A stretch of DNA of 63,298 nt, counting the filler, from an uncultured bacterium (lineage in GTDB: Bacteria; CAZSTA01): assembly GCA_964609495.1 (NCBI GenBank). It is 8 parts of 8 records of this genome, joined end to end, with 100 filler letters (N's around TTAATTAATTAA, not from the genome) between each part and the next. Parts side by side here need not be neighbours in the genome. Positions count along the whole stretch, not along the records: positions 1 to 7,993 come from CAZSTA010000173.1; positions 8,094 to 16,023 come from CAZSTA010000174.1; 6 more parts are not named here. One strand, 5' to 3'. Shown here piece by piece: positions 1 through 8,850 of this stretch; position 1 is the first letter of the stretch, and each line of letters begins with the position of its first letter. The translations under genes were made by a program, and so were the position numbers. The notes under the pieces were generated by a model, which did not search any database, was not told where the DNA came from, and saw only the letters and a list, made by a program, of their open reading frames with translations.

Positions 1-60
1 CTCGGATTCTGCAAGTTGAAGCTCCTCTTTCAAACTCTTGATCAAATTATCTTCACTCAT
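1..60 (-). CDS. hypothetical protein, 5' part only (MSEDNLIKSLKEELQLAESE...), runs off the window
   Basis: ATG at 60 preceded by RBS AGGAGGTG; open frame to the window edge. Confidence 0.65.
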   Translation of the reverse strand, partial: MSEDNLIKSLKEELQLAESE

Positions 61-106
61 CTATTCTCACCTCCTCTCGTCTCTGTCTAGTCTATCTTAA
101 TTCAAG

Positions 107-124
107 GCAGTCAACGTTGACTGC
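107..124. promoter_or_regulatory. perfect 18-bp palindrome GCAGTCAACGTTGACTGC (operator or hairpin)
   Basis: self-complementary, intergenic between two minus-strand ORFs. Confidence 0.45.
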
Positions 125-146
125 TTCCCTTAACTTTTATACAATA

Positions 147-509
147 TTACCTTTGAGAATTAGACCCAAAATAGAATGCGTGCCAAAATTCCTTACCTTG
201 CAAACGATGATATCTTAATTCGTTAGTTCGAGGAAGATCCGGTCCATCATCTAGTTGACTTTTCAATTCCTGCTCCTTCTCGATTAATTCGTGATAGCGA
301 TTTAGATATCGAAGTGCTGTCTCTAGCCACACCTCATACTTGGGATCACTCTTCGGTGGCTCTTCTGCAAAGTGCACTCCAAGATATTCTAATCCTAATT
401 TGATATGCTTTTGTGTATTCGCAAGCTCTGATCTCAAAGCCTCTAAATTATCTTTACTCTGCTTATCCTCTATACCACATCTCTCCATTCGATCAAGTAA
501 TCCTAACAT
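147..509 (-). CDS. hypothetical coiled-coil protein of the mobile element (about 120 aa)
   Basis: track ORF 147..554; better start is ATG at 509 after GAGGAGG, because the longer version runs into the iteron region. Confidence 0.7.
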   Translation of the reverse strand: MLGLLDRMERCGIEDKQSKDNLEALRSELANTQKHIKLGLEYLGVHFAEEPPKSDPKYEVWLETALRYLNRYHELIEKEQELKSQLDDGPDLPRTNELRYHRLQGKEFWHAFYFGSNSQR

Positions 510-534
510 TGTTATCCTCCTCTCAATACTCTTT

Positions 535-813
535 TGTAACCCTTGTAACCACATGTAACCGTTTTTGTAGCCCTTCCAAAGTCCACTTATTGATTGTATT
601 TTCTTTATCTTGTAACCTTTGTAACCCTTTTGTATAACATATATAAAATATATATTTTTATGGAATATATTAACTCAAGTATTCTTATATTTTAGAATTA
701 TATTTAGTATATCAAACTTTTTGGTTACAAAGGTTACAAAGTATAATTTAGTTAGTTGTAGAGTAAAAATCAAAGTGGTTACATTTTGGTTACAAACGGT
801 TACAAGGGTTACA
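535..813. repeat. putative replication origin: TGTAACC/GGTTACA iterons flanking an AT-rich core
   Basis: TGTAACC at 535, 544, 554, 566 (TGTAGCC), 611, 620; GGTTACA at 723, 732, 777, 788, 798, 807; AT-rich 627-722; directly 3' of the primase-helicase. Confidence 0.8.
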
Positions 814-3733
814 TTTCTGAAGTAAATCCACTAAAGTCTAAATGCTCCTTTGCCTTATCAAAATCAAGAACAATGGCACTCTTTACCTTGGTCCCCACTC
901 GACAGGCTTTTTTCGTGGCTTTAACGAAGCCTTTACTACTACAATCCTCCCTAAACTGTACCCTATAAGCTTTCTCGTTAAGTCCCCCAGCTATATCGTG
1001 TTCCCTACAAAACTTTTTAAAAGCTAAGACACTACTAGGTAAATGTAGGTATAGCTCCGAGCTATCAGCAGAAAAATCATATTCATCACCCTTCTTTATA
1101 ATCCCTTTTTCCGCCATTATCGCAAGAATTTCCAATAAGGTATCAACAGCTCTCTTGACGTGTCCGTGATCGAAGCCTAATTCCTCTTTATAGCTCTTAA
1201 TAAATCCGCTTATCCCTTCTTCTATGATCTGATCATCCAAGATGTAGTTAAATTGTCTCAGAAATTCATCTAGCATAACCAAACCGAATATCACTACTCT
1301 GATATTATCTCTAGGTCGTGAAGCTAGGTCAATATCGGTGCTATCGCTACTTTTCCACCGAGTTACCTCTTCCCAAAAGGGAGTGGGATCGGTATTTAAC
1401 ACAAAACGGATATATCTCTCTATAAAGCCTCTCAAGGGGAGTTTAGTTAAAGAATAAAAAGCCTTCTCATTTTTCATATTAGGATTAAGATTGATAGGGA
1501 TAACCCTCTCCAAGAGAGCTGATTCTGTAACCGTAACCTCCCCAGCGAATACAACAGGGGTTGTGATATGATATGCTACAAGAGTGAGATCAGGTCGTCC
1601 TCTAGTTTCGATCTCACTATCATAAGCTCGTCTTATTAAGCGGTGAAAATAATTTACTTGATAAGGCTTCATATCACTAGGCTTATATTCATCTATGAAA
1701 ATAGGTATAGCGTTAGAGCTTGAGAAGAGCTTTATAAAGGAAAATTCAGTTTCAGTTACCGAATAGGCTTCCTCTCTATTCACACCCATAAGAGGCCAAT
1801 AGATTCTTCTTATGGTTTGAGATTTTCCCGCTCCGAAAGTTCCCCAAAGCTGAAGTATTGGAAAGTGTCCAAGTATCTTATGGATAAAGGGTCTAAATGG
1901 AGTAGCCATAAACCAGCCTAAGATAGGTATAACTACCTTCGGCTCGTTAAGCCCCAAGAGATTAGGGATTATAGAATAGATAAATTGTCTATACTCCTCA
2001 TCAGATAGGGATAGATAGTTAATTGATTTAGGGAAGCTCGCTCCACTATCAATATAGGTTTCCTCTGGATTGGTGATCCAGCCATCCTTACTCAATATCC
2101 CTTGAGGGAGTATCCACTTTTCTGTTTCTNNNNNNNNNNTATCCAAGCCGATAGTGATATATCCCTTTTTTCGTGGGATTGGATATGTCTTAAAGATATA
2201 ATCGAGTATCCGCTGAATTGGCACATCTCCACTAAAAAAGGTATTACAATTAAGATCGGGTAGAGCTGATAGAAAACGAGGTTTTGAGGAAAAATCACTT
2301 TGCTTAAAGGTCTTTTCCGCTGATCTTCCACTTTCGGTTTTTACATCAGCTATCATACTCATTCCTTGATCTTCCACTGATACTACAAGCTTGGGAATTA
2401 AGATAAAGTTAGTTAGCTTTTTTAATTCCCCTTTAACCCCAAATTGATAATAGCAATTATCAACCTCTGATACTAGCGGCTCTCTCTGGATTATCTTATC
2501 CCCTTTAGTCTTCTGCTCTATCCTCTCCTCAAGTTTCTTCTTTAGCACTGCTCTAGCTTCTTCTGGCAAACTCTCCAGATATTCGTCGGGAGGTAGAGCC
2601 TTTGAGATCACCTCTCTAAAGTCCTCGGCAGTATGACCATCAGCTAAAGCACTATCGCAATCCACCTTCCCGTCTTTTCCTCTCCACTCGTCTGGCAACC
2701 TAGCAATTCTACAGTTAAATCCAGTTTTCGATAGCTTTCTAGCTATTCTTATGCTCCATTCGTCACTATTGTATTTATCTCCCTCATTATCGAAAAGGAT
2801 CGNNNNNNNNNNCTCTATCTTATGTTTTTTAAGCAATTTCTCAAGTTGGGGAAATTTATTCCCTCCAAAAGAATTAATACCAGGGATGCTTATCGCTGGT
2901 ATCCCTAGCTGATAAAGAGCAACTGCCTTAAATTCACTTTCAGTTAAGATAATATGTTGAGGATCATCTTTAATCAGAAATTCGCAATATATCTCAACAC
3001 TATCACCTTTGAGATATATTTTATGGGGGCGAATCTTATAAACACTCCTATCTGCTTTCAGATAAGGGATTAAAATCGTTCCCTTTGATAACAGAGTGTT
3101 AATTTGGGTTGATTTGCTATTACTTGTCATCAATTTACTTTTTATCAATTCATCTATGCTAAATTCCTTCTTCAATAACGTAATAACTTTAGAGACAATA
3201 TTTATATCCCCAGATCGAAACCCAAATTTATCCATAATCTCATCTGTATATCCTCTCTTCTTTTTAAGTGTTGCTCGATCCTCATCAGTTAGTTTTGCCT
3301 CCTCAATAAAGCTGGTGTAAATCTGGATTAACCGCTCTTTGTTTAGTCTTGAAGATTTATCAGCTTTTTGAGGGGGTGGTTTTGTGATTGCTTCACCCAT
3401 CTTATCATTACCTCCCTTCTTAATCGAAATACCAACTCTACCAGCCAGGTAATTAAGAGCCTCCACAAAGCTGATATTTCGGATTTTCATAATAAACTCA
3501 AATACATCTCCATCCTCCCCACAACCATAGCAGTGATATTTCTGGTCTTTTGGATATACCGTGAAAGATGCCTTATTCTCATCATGGAAAGGACACATAC
3601 CCTGGTAACTATCACCCACTCGTCTCAGCTTTATTCCGAACTCTTCAACTATGTCAATTATATCATTCCTTTCCCTGATTCGCTCTTTATCCATTAACTT
3701 ATCAAGATCACCTTTTCTCTCATTGCTATCCAT
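809..3733 (-). CDS. primase-helicase fusion (CHC2 zinc finger, TOPRIM-like primase, DUF927/SF3-like ATPase)
   Basis: CPFHDE...CYGC zinc finger; LTESEFKA and DCD acidic motifs; Walker A GTFGAGKS, Walker B FIDE; RBS AGGAGG; two short internal N gaps. Confidence 0.9.
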   Translation of the reverse strand: MDSNERKGDLDKLMDKERIRERNDIIDIVEEFGIKLRRVGDSYQGMCPFHDENKASFTVYPKDQKYHCYGCGEDGDVFEFIMKIRNISFVEALNYLAGRVGISIKKGGNDKMGEAITKPPPQKADKSSRLNKERLIQIYTSFIEEAKLTDEDRATLKKKRGYTDEIMDKFGFRSGDINIVSKVITLLKKEFSIDELIKSKLMTSNSKSTQINTLLSKGTILIPYLKADRSVYKIRPHKIYLKGDSVEIYCEFLIKDDPQHIILTESEFKAVALYQLGIPAISIPGINSFGGNKFPQLEKLLKKHKIEXXXXILFDNEGDKYNSDEWSIRIARKLSKTGFNCRIARLPDEWRGKDGKVDCDSALADGHTAEDFREVISKALPPDEYLESLPEEARAVLKKKLEERIEQKTKGDKIIQREPLVSEVDNCYYQFGVKGELKKLTNFILIPKLVVSVEDQGMSMIADVKTESGRSAEKTFKQSDFSSKPRFLSALPDLNCNTFFSGDVPIQRILDYIFKTYPIPRKKGYITIGLDXXXXETEKWILPQGILSKDGWITNPEETYIDSGASFPKSINYLSLSDEEYRQFIYSIIPNLLGLNEPKVVIPILGWFMATPFRPFIHKILGHFPILQLWGTFGAGKSQTIRRIYWPLMGVNREEAYSVTETEFSFIKLFSSSNAIPIFIDEYKPSDMKPYQVNYFHRLIRRAYDSEIETRGRPDLTLVAYHITTPVVFAGEVTVTESALLERVIPINLNPNMKNEKAFYSLTKLPLRGFIERYIRFVLNTDPTPFWEEVTRWKSSDSTDIDLASRPRDNIRVVIFGLVMLDEFLRQFNYILDDQIIEEGISGFIKSYKEELGFDHGHVKRAVDTLLEILAIMAEKGIIKKGDEYDFSADSSELYLHLPSSVLAFKKFCREHDIAGGLNEKAYRVQFREDCSSKGFVKATKKACRVGTKVKSAIVLDFDKAKEHLDFSGFTSEM

Positions 3734-3818
3734 TTTATAAAACCTCCTTTATAAATAAAAATTATTTTGCCCTAATTCCATCGCATATTTTCCCATAATA
3801 TTTAACAATATCCAACTC

Positions 3819-3847
3819 TTGACAAATTCAGAAATTTATGGTATAAT
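3819..3847 (+). promoter_or_regulatory. consensus sigma70 promoter with extended -10
   Basis: TTGACA(3819)-17 bp-TATAAT(3842), preceded by TGn. Confidence 0.8.
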
Positions 3848-3853
3848 ATAATT

Positions 3854-3927
3854 AGAGTAAGTAATATAATAGAATATCATCGGTAGAATAAAAAGCTGAC
3901 TGCCCAAAAACTTCAGCTTTTTATTCT
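3854..3927 (+). ncRNA. candidate antisense (countertranscript) RNA A
   Basis: perfect promoter, no ORF, ends in a 15-bp inverted repeat AGAATAAAAAGCTGA/TCAGCTTTTTATTCT (3885-3927). Confidence 0.5.
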
Positions 3928-4026
3928 TAATAGTAATCATTATCAAACATAAAATATACATTTGTAAGCCTGTTTATATTTTAATTATCAGTCATAATAT
4001 TAATTATATGTAAAAAATTCCAAGTA

Positions 4027-4055
4027 TTGACAATATCCCAAAAATTTGGTATAAT
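4027..4055 (+). promoter_or_regulatory. second consensus sigma70 promoter with extended -10
   Basis: TTGACA(4027)-17 bp-TATAAT(4050), preceded by TGn. Confidence 0.8.
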
Positions 4056-4061
4056 TAACAT

Positions 4062-4220
4062 AGAAGGAATATATAGAAATCCCCTCTTCAGAGCTACATC
4101 TCTGGAGAAAAAGTTTATAATAAAGATTACAAAATCTTATCTCAAATGGTGTCAATCTCATCTAATCTCAAATTCCATGCCTCTCTCCCAAGTCTACAAG
4201 AGGGTGGAATTTATTTTTTT
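4062..4220 (+). ncRNA. candidate antisense RNA B
   Basis: perfect promoter; internal hairpin near 4086-4109; terminal stem AAATTCCA..CCTCT/AGAGG..TGGAATTT (4170-4212) followed by a T-tract. Confidence 0.45.
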
Positions 4221-4232
4221 ATATCCTAAATT

Positions 4233-4430
4233 CTACTTTACCTCTATCAACTTATCAACTTCTTTCGCGTTGTTATTCCCTTCCAAATTCCCAATTCCCA
4301 GATGATTACTCAATAACTCGACAATAATCTTAGTCATCGTTTTCCTTTCTCTAGCAGCACTCACCTTCAGGTCTTCCTTCATTTTTCTTGGTATTTTAAT
4401 AAATAAATTATCAAATTCTATCTTTACCAC
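4233..4430 (-). CDS. ribbon-helix-helix (CopG/Arc-like) transcriptional repressor
   Basis: LFIKIPRKMKEDLKVSAARERKTMTKIIVELLSNHL fits the RHH pattern; the track's TTG start lies in the -35 box, GTG at 4430 is more plausible. Confidence 0.7.
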   Translation of the reverse strand: MVKIEFDNLFIKIPRKMKEDLKVSAARERKTMTKIIVELLSNHLGIGNLEGNNNAKEVDKLIEVK

Positions 4431-4463
4431 CCTCTTTGTATGTTGATTTATTGGTCTATTTAA

Positions 4464-4493
4464 ATTATACCATAAGTTGTTTTTCTCTGTCAA
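4464..4493 (-). promoter_or_regulatory. sigma70 promoter for the RHH-primase transcript
   Basis: TTGACA-18 bp-TATAAT with TGn on the minus strand. Confidence 0.75.
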
Positions 4494-4534
4494 ATAAAAG
4501 TAAATAAAAATTTATTAGTAAGCAATATTTAAGG

Positions 4535-4562
4535 AAGGGGAGCTTATCAATAGCTCCCCTTT
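4535..4562. terminator. hairpin/terminator after the FtsK operon
   Basis: AAGGGGAGCT-7 nt-AGCTCCCCTT immediately after the stop at 4568. Confidence 0.65.
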
Positions 4563-4567
4563 GCGTT

Positions 4568-5023
4568 TCAATATTCGGTAATATTTTCGGAGCGATCATT
4601 CGTAGTAGTGGGTATATATCGCTTGCTTTGATTAAGGATTAAGGCTAGAGCCTCCAGGGTGCTTTGATCTAGTTTAATCGGTTGATTCGGAACTTGCCTT
4701 CCGCTTGGAAGCTCCCTTTGTGGATTACCGTCGATGTAATAAGGGATATCACGGGGATTCACTTCCCTCGCTTCCCCGTTTTTGATAAGGATTACATTGC
4801 TAGGCTGGTTACCTCTAGCTTTGCTATGCTCTAAGGAAAAGTGGAGAGCTAAGGATAGAATCATCACCACGATTCCGAGTACTGCACATCCGATAAAACC
4901 GATATTACAATTGTAGCCGAATTCGTATAGCTCATAGTATTCTGCTATTTGCATACCGATCATACAAGCTCCAGCCGTTAGGAAAAGAAAAATCGAAGCT
5001 CCTATACCGCCCTTAATTAACAT
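4568..5023 (-). CDS. membrane protein with two predicted N-terminal TM segments
   Basis: two hydrophobic stretches, RBS AAGGATGGTG. Confidence 0.75.
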   Translation of the reverse strand: MLIKGGIGASIFLFLTAGACMIGMQIAEYYELYEFGYNCNIGFIGCAVLGIVVMILSLALHFSLEHSKARGNQPSNVILIKNGEAREVNPRDIPYYIDGNPQRELPSGRQVPNQPIKLDQSTLEALALILNQSKRYIPTTTNDRSENITEY

Positions 5024-5152
5024 CTTAAATTCACCATCCTTTGATTTTATTTTACTTCCAAAAACAGCCCTAAAATACCTTAAAATAGCATATATTTTAA
5101 CTGTCCTTTGACACTTAATTTATCTAATCCTAGATTAACTTTACAAGTGTCT

Positions 5153-5223
5153 GGACAGTAGAGCGGACACATAAGGACACTTAGTTTATAAGGACACTTG
5201 GTCGGACATTACTAAGGACACTT
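5153..5223. repeat. direct-repeat cluster GGACA(CTT) overlapping the FtsK-like gene stop
   Basis: GGACA at 5153, 5165, 5175, 5192, 5204, 5216; three copies read TAAGGACACTT. Confidence 0.7.
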
Positions 5224-6530
5224 AATACCTCGTTCAAAACATCCTTATTGATCGGTCTTGGACTCTTACCATCTGGAGCTTCACCTAATAGACTCTCAAT
5301 TTGATCTAACTGTTTTATGATTGCACTTGCCTTATCTTTACTTACCCCGATTCCATCCCTTAGCTTCCTTACAGATATACCATCATTAGATTTGAGATAA
5401 GACAATACTTCCTCTGATATAGCCTTAAAACTTTCGATATCTCTAAGCTCTTGGGTATCCCTTGCCTCGGTCCGGTCCGATATTGGACCAAGTCCACCTT
5501 CTACTAGGGCAAGGGTGGAAGTAGAAGTTTCGCTCTCTATAGGATAGCCTTCTAGTAAATCACCTATTGGGATATTTACCCTTGCATAGCCTAAGCTAGA
5601 GATAACGAACGCTTCACCTATCCTTAGCTTGCTACAGTTTATCTCTTTAACTCCAGTTAAAGCATTACTTTCGATCTTATCACTTACTCTCATAATAATT
5701 TTAGCACTTGCATTTTCTCTAATGAGATTCGATTGGATTAGAGATTTTTTAGATGTGATCATACTAAGTATAAGATGAACTCGGCTTGACCTTCCCTTCA
5801 TAGCGATAGCTTCTATAAAGCCCTTTGCTATATCAGATAAGCTGATAAGCGAATTAACTTCATCTAAAACAATCAATATTGGCTTGTAACTTCCCGCTCT
5901 TTTCTCACGTCTTAGCATAATCTCATATACATCAGATAAGCACACTTCAATATCTGATATATTCTTTATCACATCATATCGCAAGCTATCACAAGCGTTA
6001 AAACAATCTAAATCAGCTTTAGGGGTATATAACAGCATATCAACTTTTTTACTCTCTATATCCCTCTCCAGCACGGAAGATATGATGTTGTGTAGTAGAG
6101 AAGTTTTACCGGACCCACTGCTACCAGCTATAATCACGTGTGGATTGCGATCCCCAATCTCCAGCGTGATCATAGTATTGAAAATATCAACTCCTATGAG
6201 TAGCGATAAGGGATTAGAGTATATCTCTTTATGATCACCCTCTAGCCTCTCTAAAAGAGAAGATAAAAGAAGATCGCCTTGTGGCTCGGAGTTGATTATG
6301 AGATGATAGCAATCTTCCCCTTGCACCAGTGATATATCGGCTTCTTTTACTCCGATCCACATTGCTATTTTTGATAACAACTTAGGTATGAGTTCGGCTT
6401 TTCGGATGTCTGGAGATATATTGATTGTAACTGTAGAATACCCTACGATCTCTTTGTCAAGCTCCACTTCGATATCGTATATATCGAATAGATCATATAA
6501 GCGTTGATAGATATATCTCAAATCTAGCAT
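5181..6530 (-). CDS. FtsK/SpoIIIE (TraB-like) DNA translocase ATPase with C-terminal winged helix and no N-terminal TM domain
   Basis: PHVIIAGSSGSGKT Walker A, LIVLDE Walker B, AMKGRSSRVHLI motif, C-terminal ISVRKLRDGIGVSKDKASAIIKQL; ATG at 6530 follows GAGGTG (track start 6539). Confidence 0.85.
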   Translation of the reverse strand: MLDLRYIYQRLYDLFDIYDIEVELDKEIVGYSTVTINISPDIRKAELIPKLLSKIAMWIGVKEADISLVQGEDCYHLIINSEPQGDLLLSSLLERLEGDHKEIYSNPLSLLIGVDIFNTMITLEIGDRNPHVIIAGSSGSGKTSLLHNIISSVLERDIESKKVDMLLYTPKADLDCFNACDSLRYDVIKNISDIEVCLSDVYEIMLRREKRAGSYKPILIVLDEVNSLISLSDIAKGFIEAIAMKGRSSRVHLILSMITSKKSLIQSNLIRENASAKIIMRVSDKIESNALTGVKEINCSKLRIGEAFVISSLGYARVNIPIGDLLEGYPIESETSTSTLALVEGGLGPISDRTEARDTQELRDIESFKAISEEVLSYLKSNDGISVRKLRDGIGVSKDKASAIIKQLDQIESLLGEAPDGKSPRPINKDVLNEVLSVLSNVRPSVLIN

Positions 6531-6543
6531 AACTTTCACCTCT

Positions 6544-6711
6544 CTATTTATCTTCTGATATGATTATGATAGTATCTGGAGATATAGCCTCAACTTCCTC
6601 TTGGATATCATCTTTTCTAATCAGATAAACGATTAGATATCCGAGCGGAATACTTGCTAAAGCCCCTAATCCTCCTCCTATGATTATTGCAGCTAAATTA
6701 TCTAAATCCAC
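6544..6711 (-). CDS. 55-aa single-TM membrane protein missing from the ORF track (MDLDNLAAIIIGGGLGALASIPLGYLIVYLIRKDD...)
   Basis: GTG start overlaps the upstream stop (TAGTG); fills the gap exactly; one hydrophobic helix followed by RK. Confidence 0.75.
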   Translation of the reverse strand: MDLDNLAAIIIGGGLGALASIPLGYLIVYLIRKDDIQEEVEAISPDTIIIISEDK

Positions 6712-7904
6712 TATACCATCGTCTCCTCTCTATATCTCTGGATATATTGATCTCTTAGCTTCTTCTCCTCATCAGGAGATAAGAATATTCCCTCCAATTG
6801 CAAGCCGAATTTTCTGATCACCAGCCTCTCCTCGGCTCTTTGCTCTGGAGTCTTCCTTTTCTCATCCTCTAATTCCCTCTCCCACTCAAGTCTTAGCTTT
6901 TGGGACTCCTCTTTGAAAGCCTCAATAGTCTCCCAATTGGTAGCAAGGGGATCGGGTTTGCTCTTGGGAGCTAAGTCCCAGCCTTTATCGAGACTTGACC
7001 TGAACCAGCCTCTCAGGTTTTTAATCTTCTCCTTACCATTTGAGCTAAAGTGCCTTCGCATATCTCCAAGTTGTTTGAGGACAGTTTCGTAGCTATGATC
7101 TTTTAAGCGATCGTAGAAATATTCTTCAACAGAGGAGTTGTCATCGGATAACCTAAAGTCAATAACTACCCGATTCCATTGAGAGGCTAAGCCTTTTGCA
7201 TAATAAGTCTTCTTGGTATCCTCAGAGATAACAATATCCGGTCCGTTCTTTTGAGAATCAAAAACAACAACAGAGTCGGATTCGGTAGAAACCGATTTCT
7301 GATCAGATTCTACTGGTGGCGGACCTGTTGTTGTCTTCTTCTTAGTATGTCTTCTACGTAGTATGTCTTCCTTCCGCAAATTGCGGTGGGGTTGATCCGC
7401 ATTCTGCGGTGGGGTTAATCCGCAAATTGCGGTTTTACCCTCTTTCTCCTCTCCCTCAGCGATTCTCTCTTTTAGCTTCTCTTCATCTTCGGGAGTTAGA
7501 GGATCATCCATTGCTACATAATAGAGATTGCTAGTTCTTCCTCCTTGTCCCTTATTATTATATCTTGGTTCTATCCTGACAAATAGCTTTGCTTCGGGTT
7601 TTTTAAGTTCCCTCTGGACTGTATCCACGCTAATACCACAAGCCTCCGCTATGAACTTTAATGATGGCCAACAGTAATCTCTCTTCTCTCCTGTCTCAGG
7701 ATTGTAATAACATCTTCGCCTTAACTCCATTACTATTACCGTCAAAGTCGGTCCGAGTCTCGGCTTCCACTTATCCCAAAAATACTTGGTCTCTACCACT
7801 ATATTTTTGGGTTGCACGATCTCATTCCTTAGATCGTGATAAAACGGGTGTAATTCGATCTGCTCATCTGTTGGCTTATCCATTATCTCTTGCTTTCTAT
7901 CCAT
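6711..7904 (-). CDS. winged-HTH replication initiator (phage replisome-organizer/lambda O-like)
   Basis: CWPSLKFIAEACGISVDTVQRELKK HTH; C-terminal IKNLRGWFRSSLDKGW motif; internal iterons; RBS GGAGGT. Confidence 0.8.
   Translation of the reverse strand: MDRKQEIMDKPTDEQIELHPFYHDLRNEIVQPKNIVVETKYFWDKWKPRLGPTLTVIVMELRRRCYYNPETGEKRDYCWPSLKFIAEACGISVDTVQRELKKPEAKLFVRIEPRYNNKGQGGRTSNLYYVAMDDPLTPEDEEKLKERIAEGEEKEGKTAICGLTPPQNADQPHRNLRKEDILRRRHTKKKTTTGPPPVESDQKSVSTESDSVVVFDSQKNGPDIVISEDTKKTYYAKGLASQWNRVVIDFRLSDDNSSVEEYFYDRLKDHSYETVLKQLGDMRRHFSSNGKEKIKNLRGWFRSSLDKGWDLAPKSKPDPLATNWETIEAFKEESQKLRLEWERELEDEKRKTPEQRAEERLVIRKFGLQLEGIFLSPDEEKKLRDQYIQRYREETMV
7343..7433. repeat. intragenic iterons of the initiator gene (second origin)
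   Basis: CCGCA-N3-TGCGG at 7374, 7397, 7420 (23-bp period), plus tandem TAGTATGTCTTC just before. Confidence 0.75.
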
Positions 7905-7993
7905 TTCCTCTTACCTCCATTCCTGCCTCTTTAGGTGTTCGATTATTTTTTCTGCGATTACATTTTCTACAAGCTGTTATCAAATTCTCTGGG

Positions 7994-8093
7994 NNNNNNN
8001 NNNNNNNNNNNNNNNNNNNNNNNNNNNNNNNNNNNNNTTAATTAATTAANNNNNNNNNNNNNNNNNNNNNNNNNNNNNNNNNNNNNNNNNNNN
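7994..8093. other. artificial contig spacer (same spacer at 16024, 24052, 32036, 39956, 47808, 55614)
   Basis: 44 N + TTAATTAATTAA (stops in six frames) + 44 N. Confidence 0.98.
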
Positions 8094-8750
8094 CCAAAAT
8101 AGGGGGAGAAGCCAGCTAAGACACCCCAATATCAAGATAATAGATGAAACGATGAATTTCCTCGGAGATCTGGGAGGAAGCCCCAGGGAAACAAGCCAGA
8201 GGGGAAAGAAGAATAGAAGCAAGTTCTGACGAAAGCCTCCCGCCAATCCCAAGGCCAGCGAGGCAAGATATATATACCTTTTCTCTCCCTGCCAAACCAG
8301 ATAACAGAGATATACTATGATAATGCTTCCTAAAGCTTCGCCTATATAAGCCTCAGCAACCTCTCCATAGAACCAAAAGACGTTATTCACCGCGAAGAGG
8401 AGCGCGGCCCAAGAACCGACTTCAACACCTGCCATCCGCTTCCCCAGGGAAAAGATGAGGAAAACAGTGATCGAACTAAAAATTATGTTGAGGAGGACAA
8501 AACTTGTGTTTGGATTATGAACGATATAATTTATAAGCTGAGCCATCCCTACAAAGATGAGGTAACCGGGAGGATGAGGTTGTTGAGCCTTGATATCGAA
8601 TCGTTCTAAAGCTAGAGCAAATTGAACCGAATCCCAACTATATAAGATTCGGCTGATGAAGGGGAGCCTACTTAATATAGTGAATCCCGCAAGACCCAGC
8701 CCTATCCATCCTTCCTTAGATCGTATTGGAGCTTCCGATCGGAATATCAC
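8094..8750 (-). CDS. GT-C fold membrane glycosyltransferase (PMT/ArnT/DUF2723-like), 3' truncated
   Basis: YSWDSVQF...HPPGY motif, multiple TM segments, GFRQN. Confidence 0.8.
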
Positions 8751-8850
8751 ACCTTATTCCCTCCTCTGAGAAGAGGGATAGTTAGAAAACGGGGAAAAAT
8801 CTTTAAATAACCCAATTAACTTAGCTAAGGGGAGTAATACTTCCATCTCC

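Noticed and set aside
535-813. CRISPR array
   Set aside because: Repeats are 7 bp, inverted about a centre, with no 30-40 nt spacers; no CRISPR array or cas gene was seen in the window.
4027-4305. 92-aa plus-strand ORF
   Set aside because: Its TTG start is the -35 box of a promoter, it has no RBS and overlaps the RHH gene antisense.
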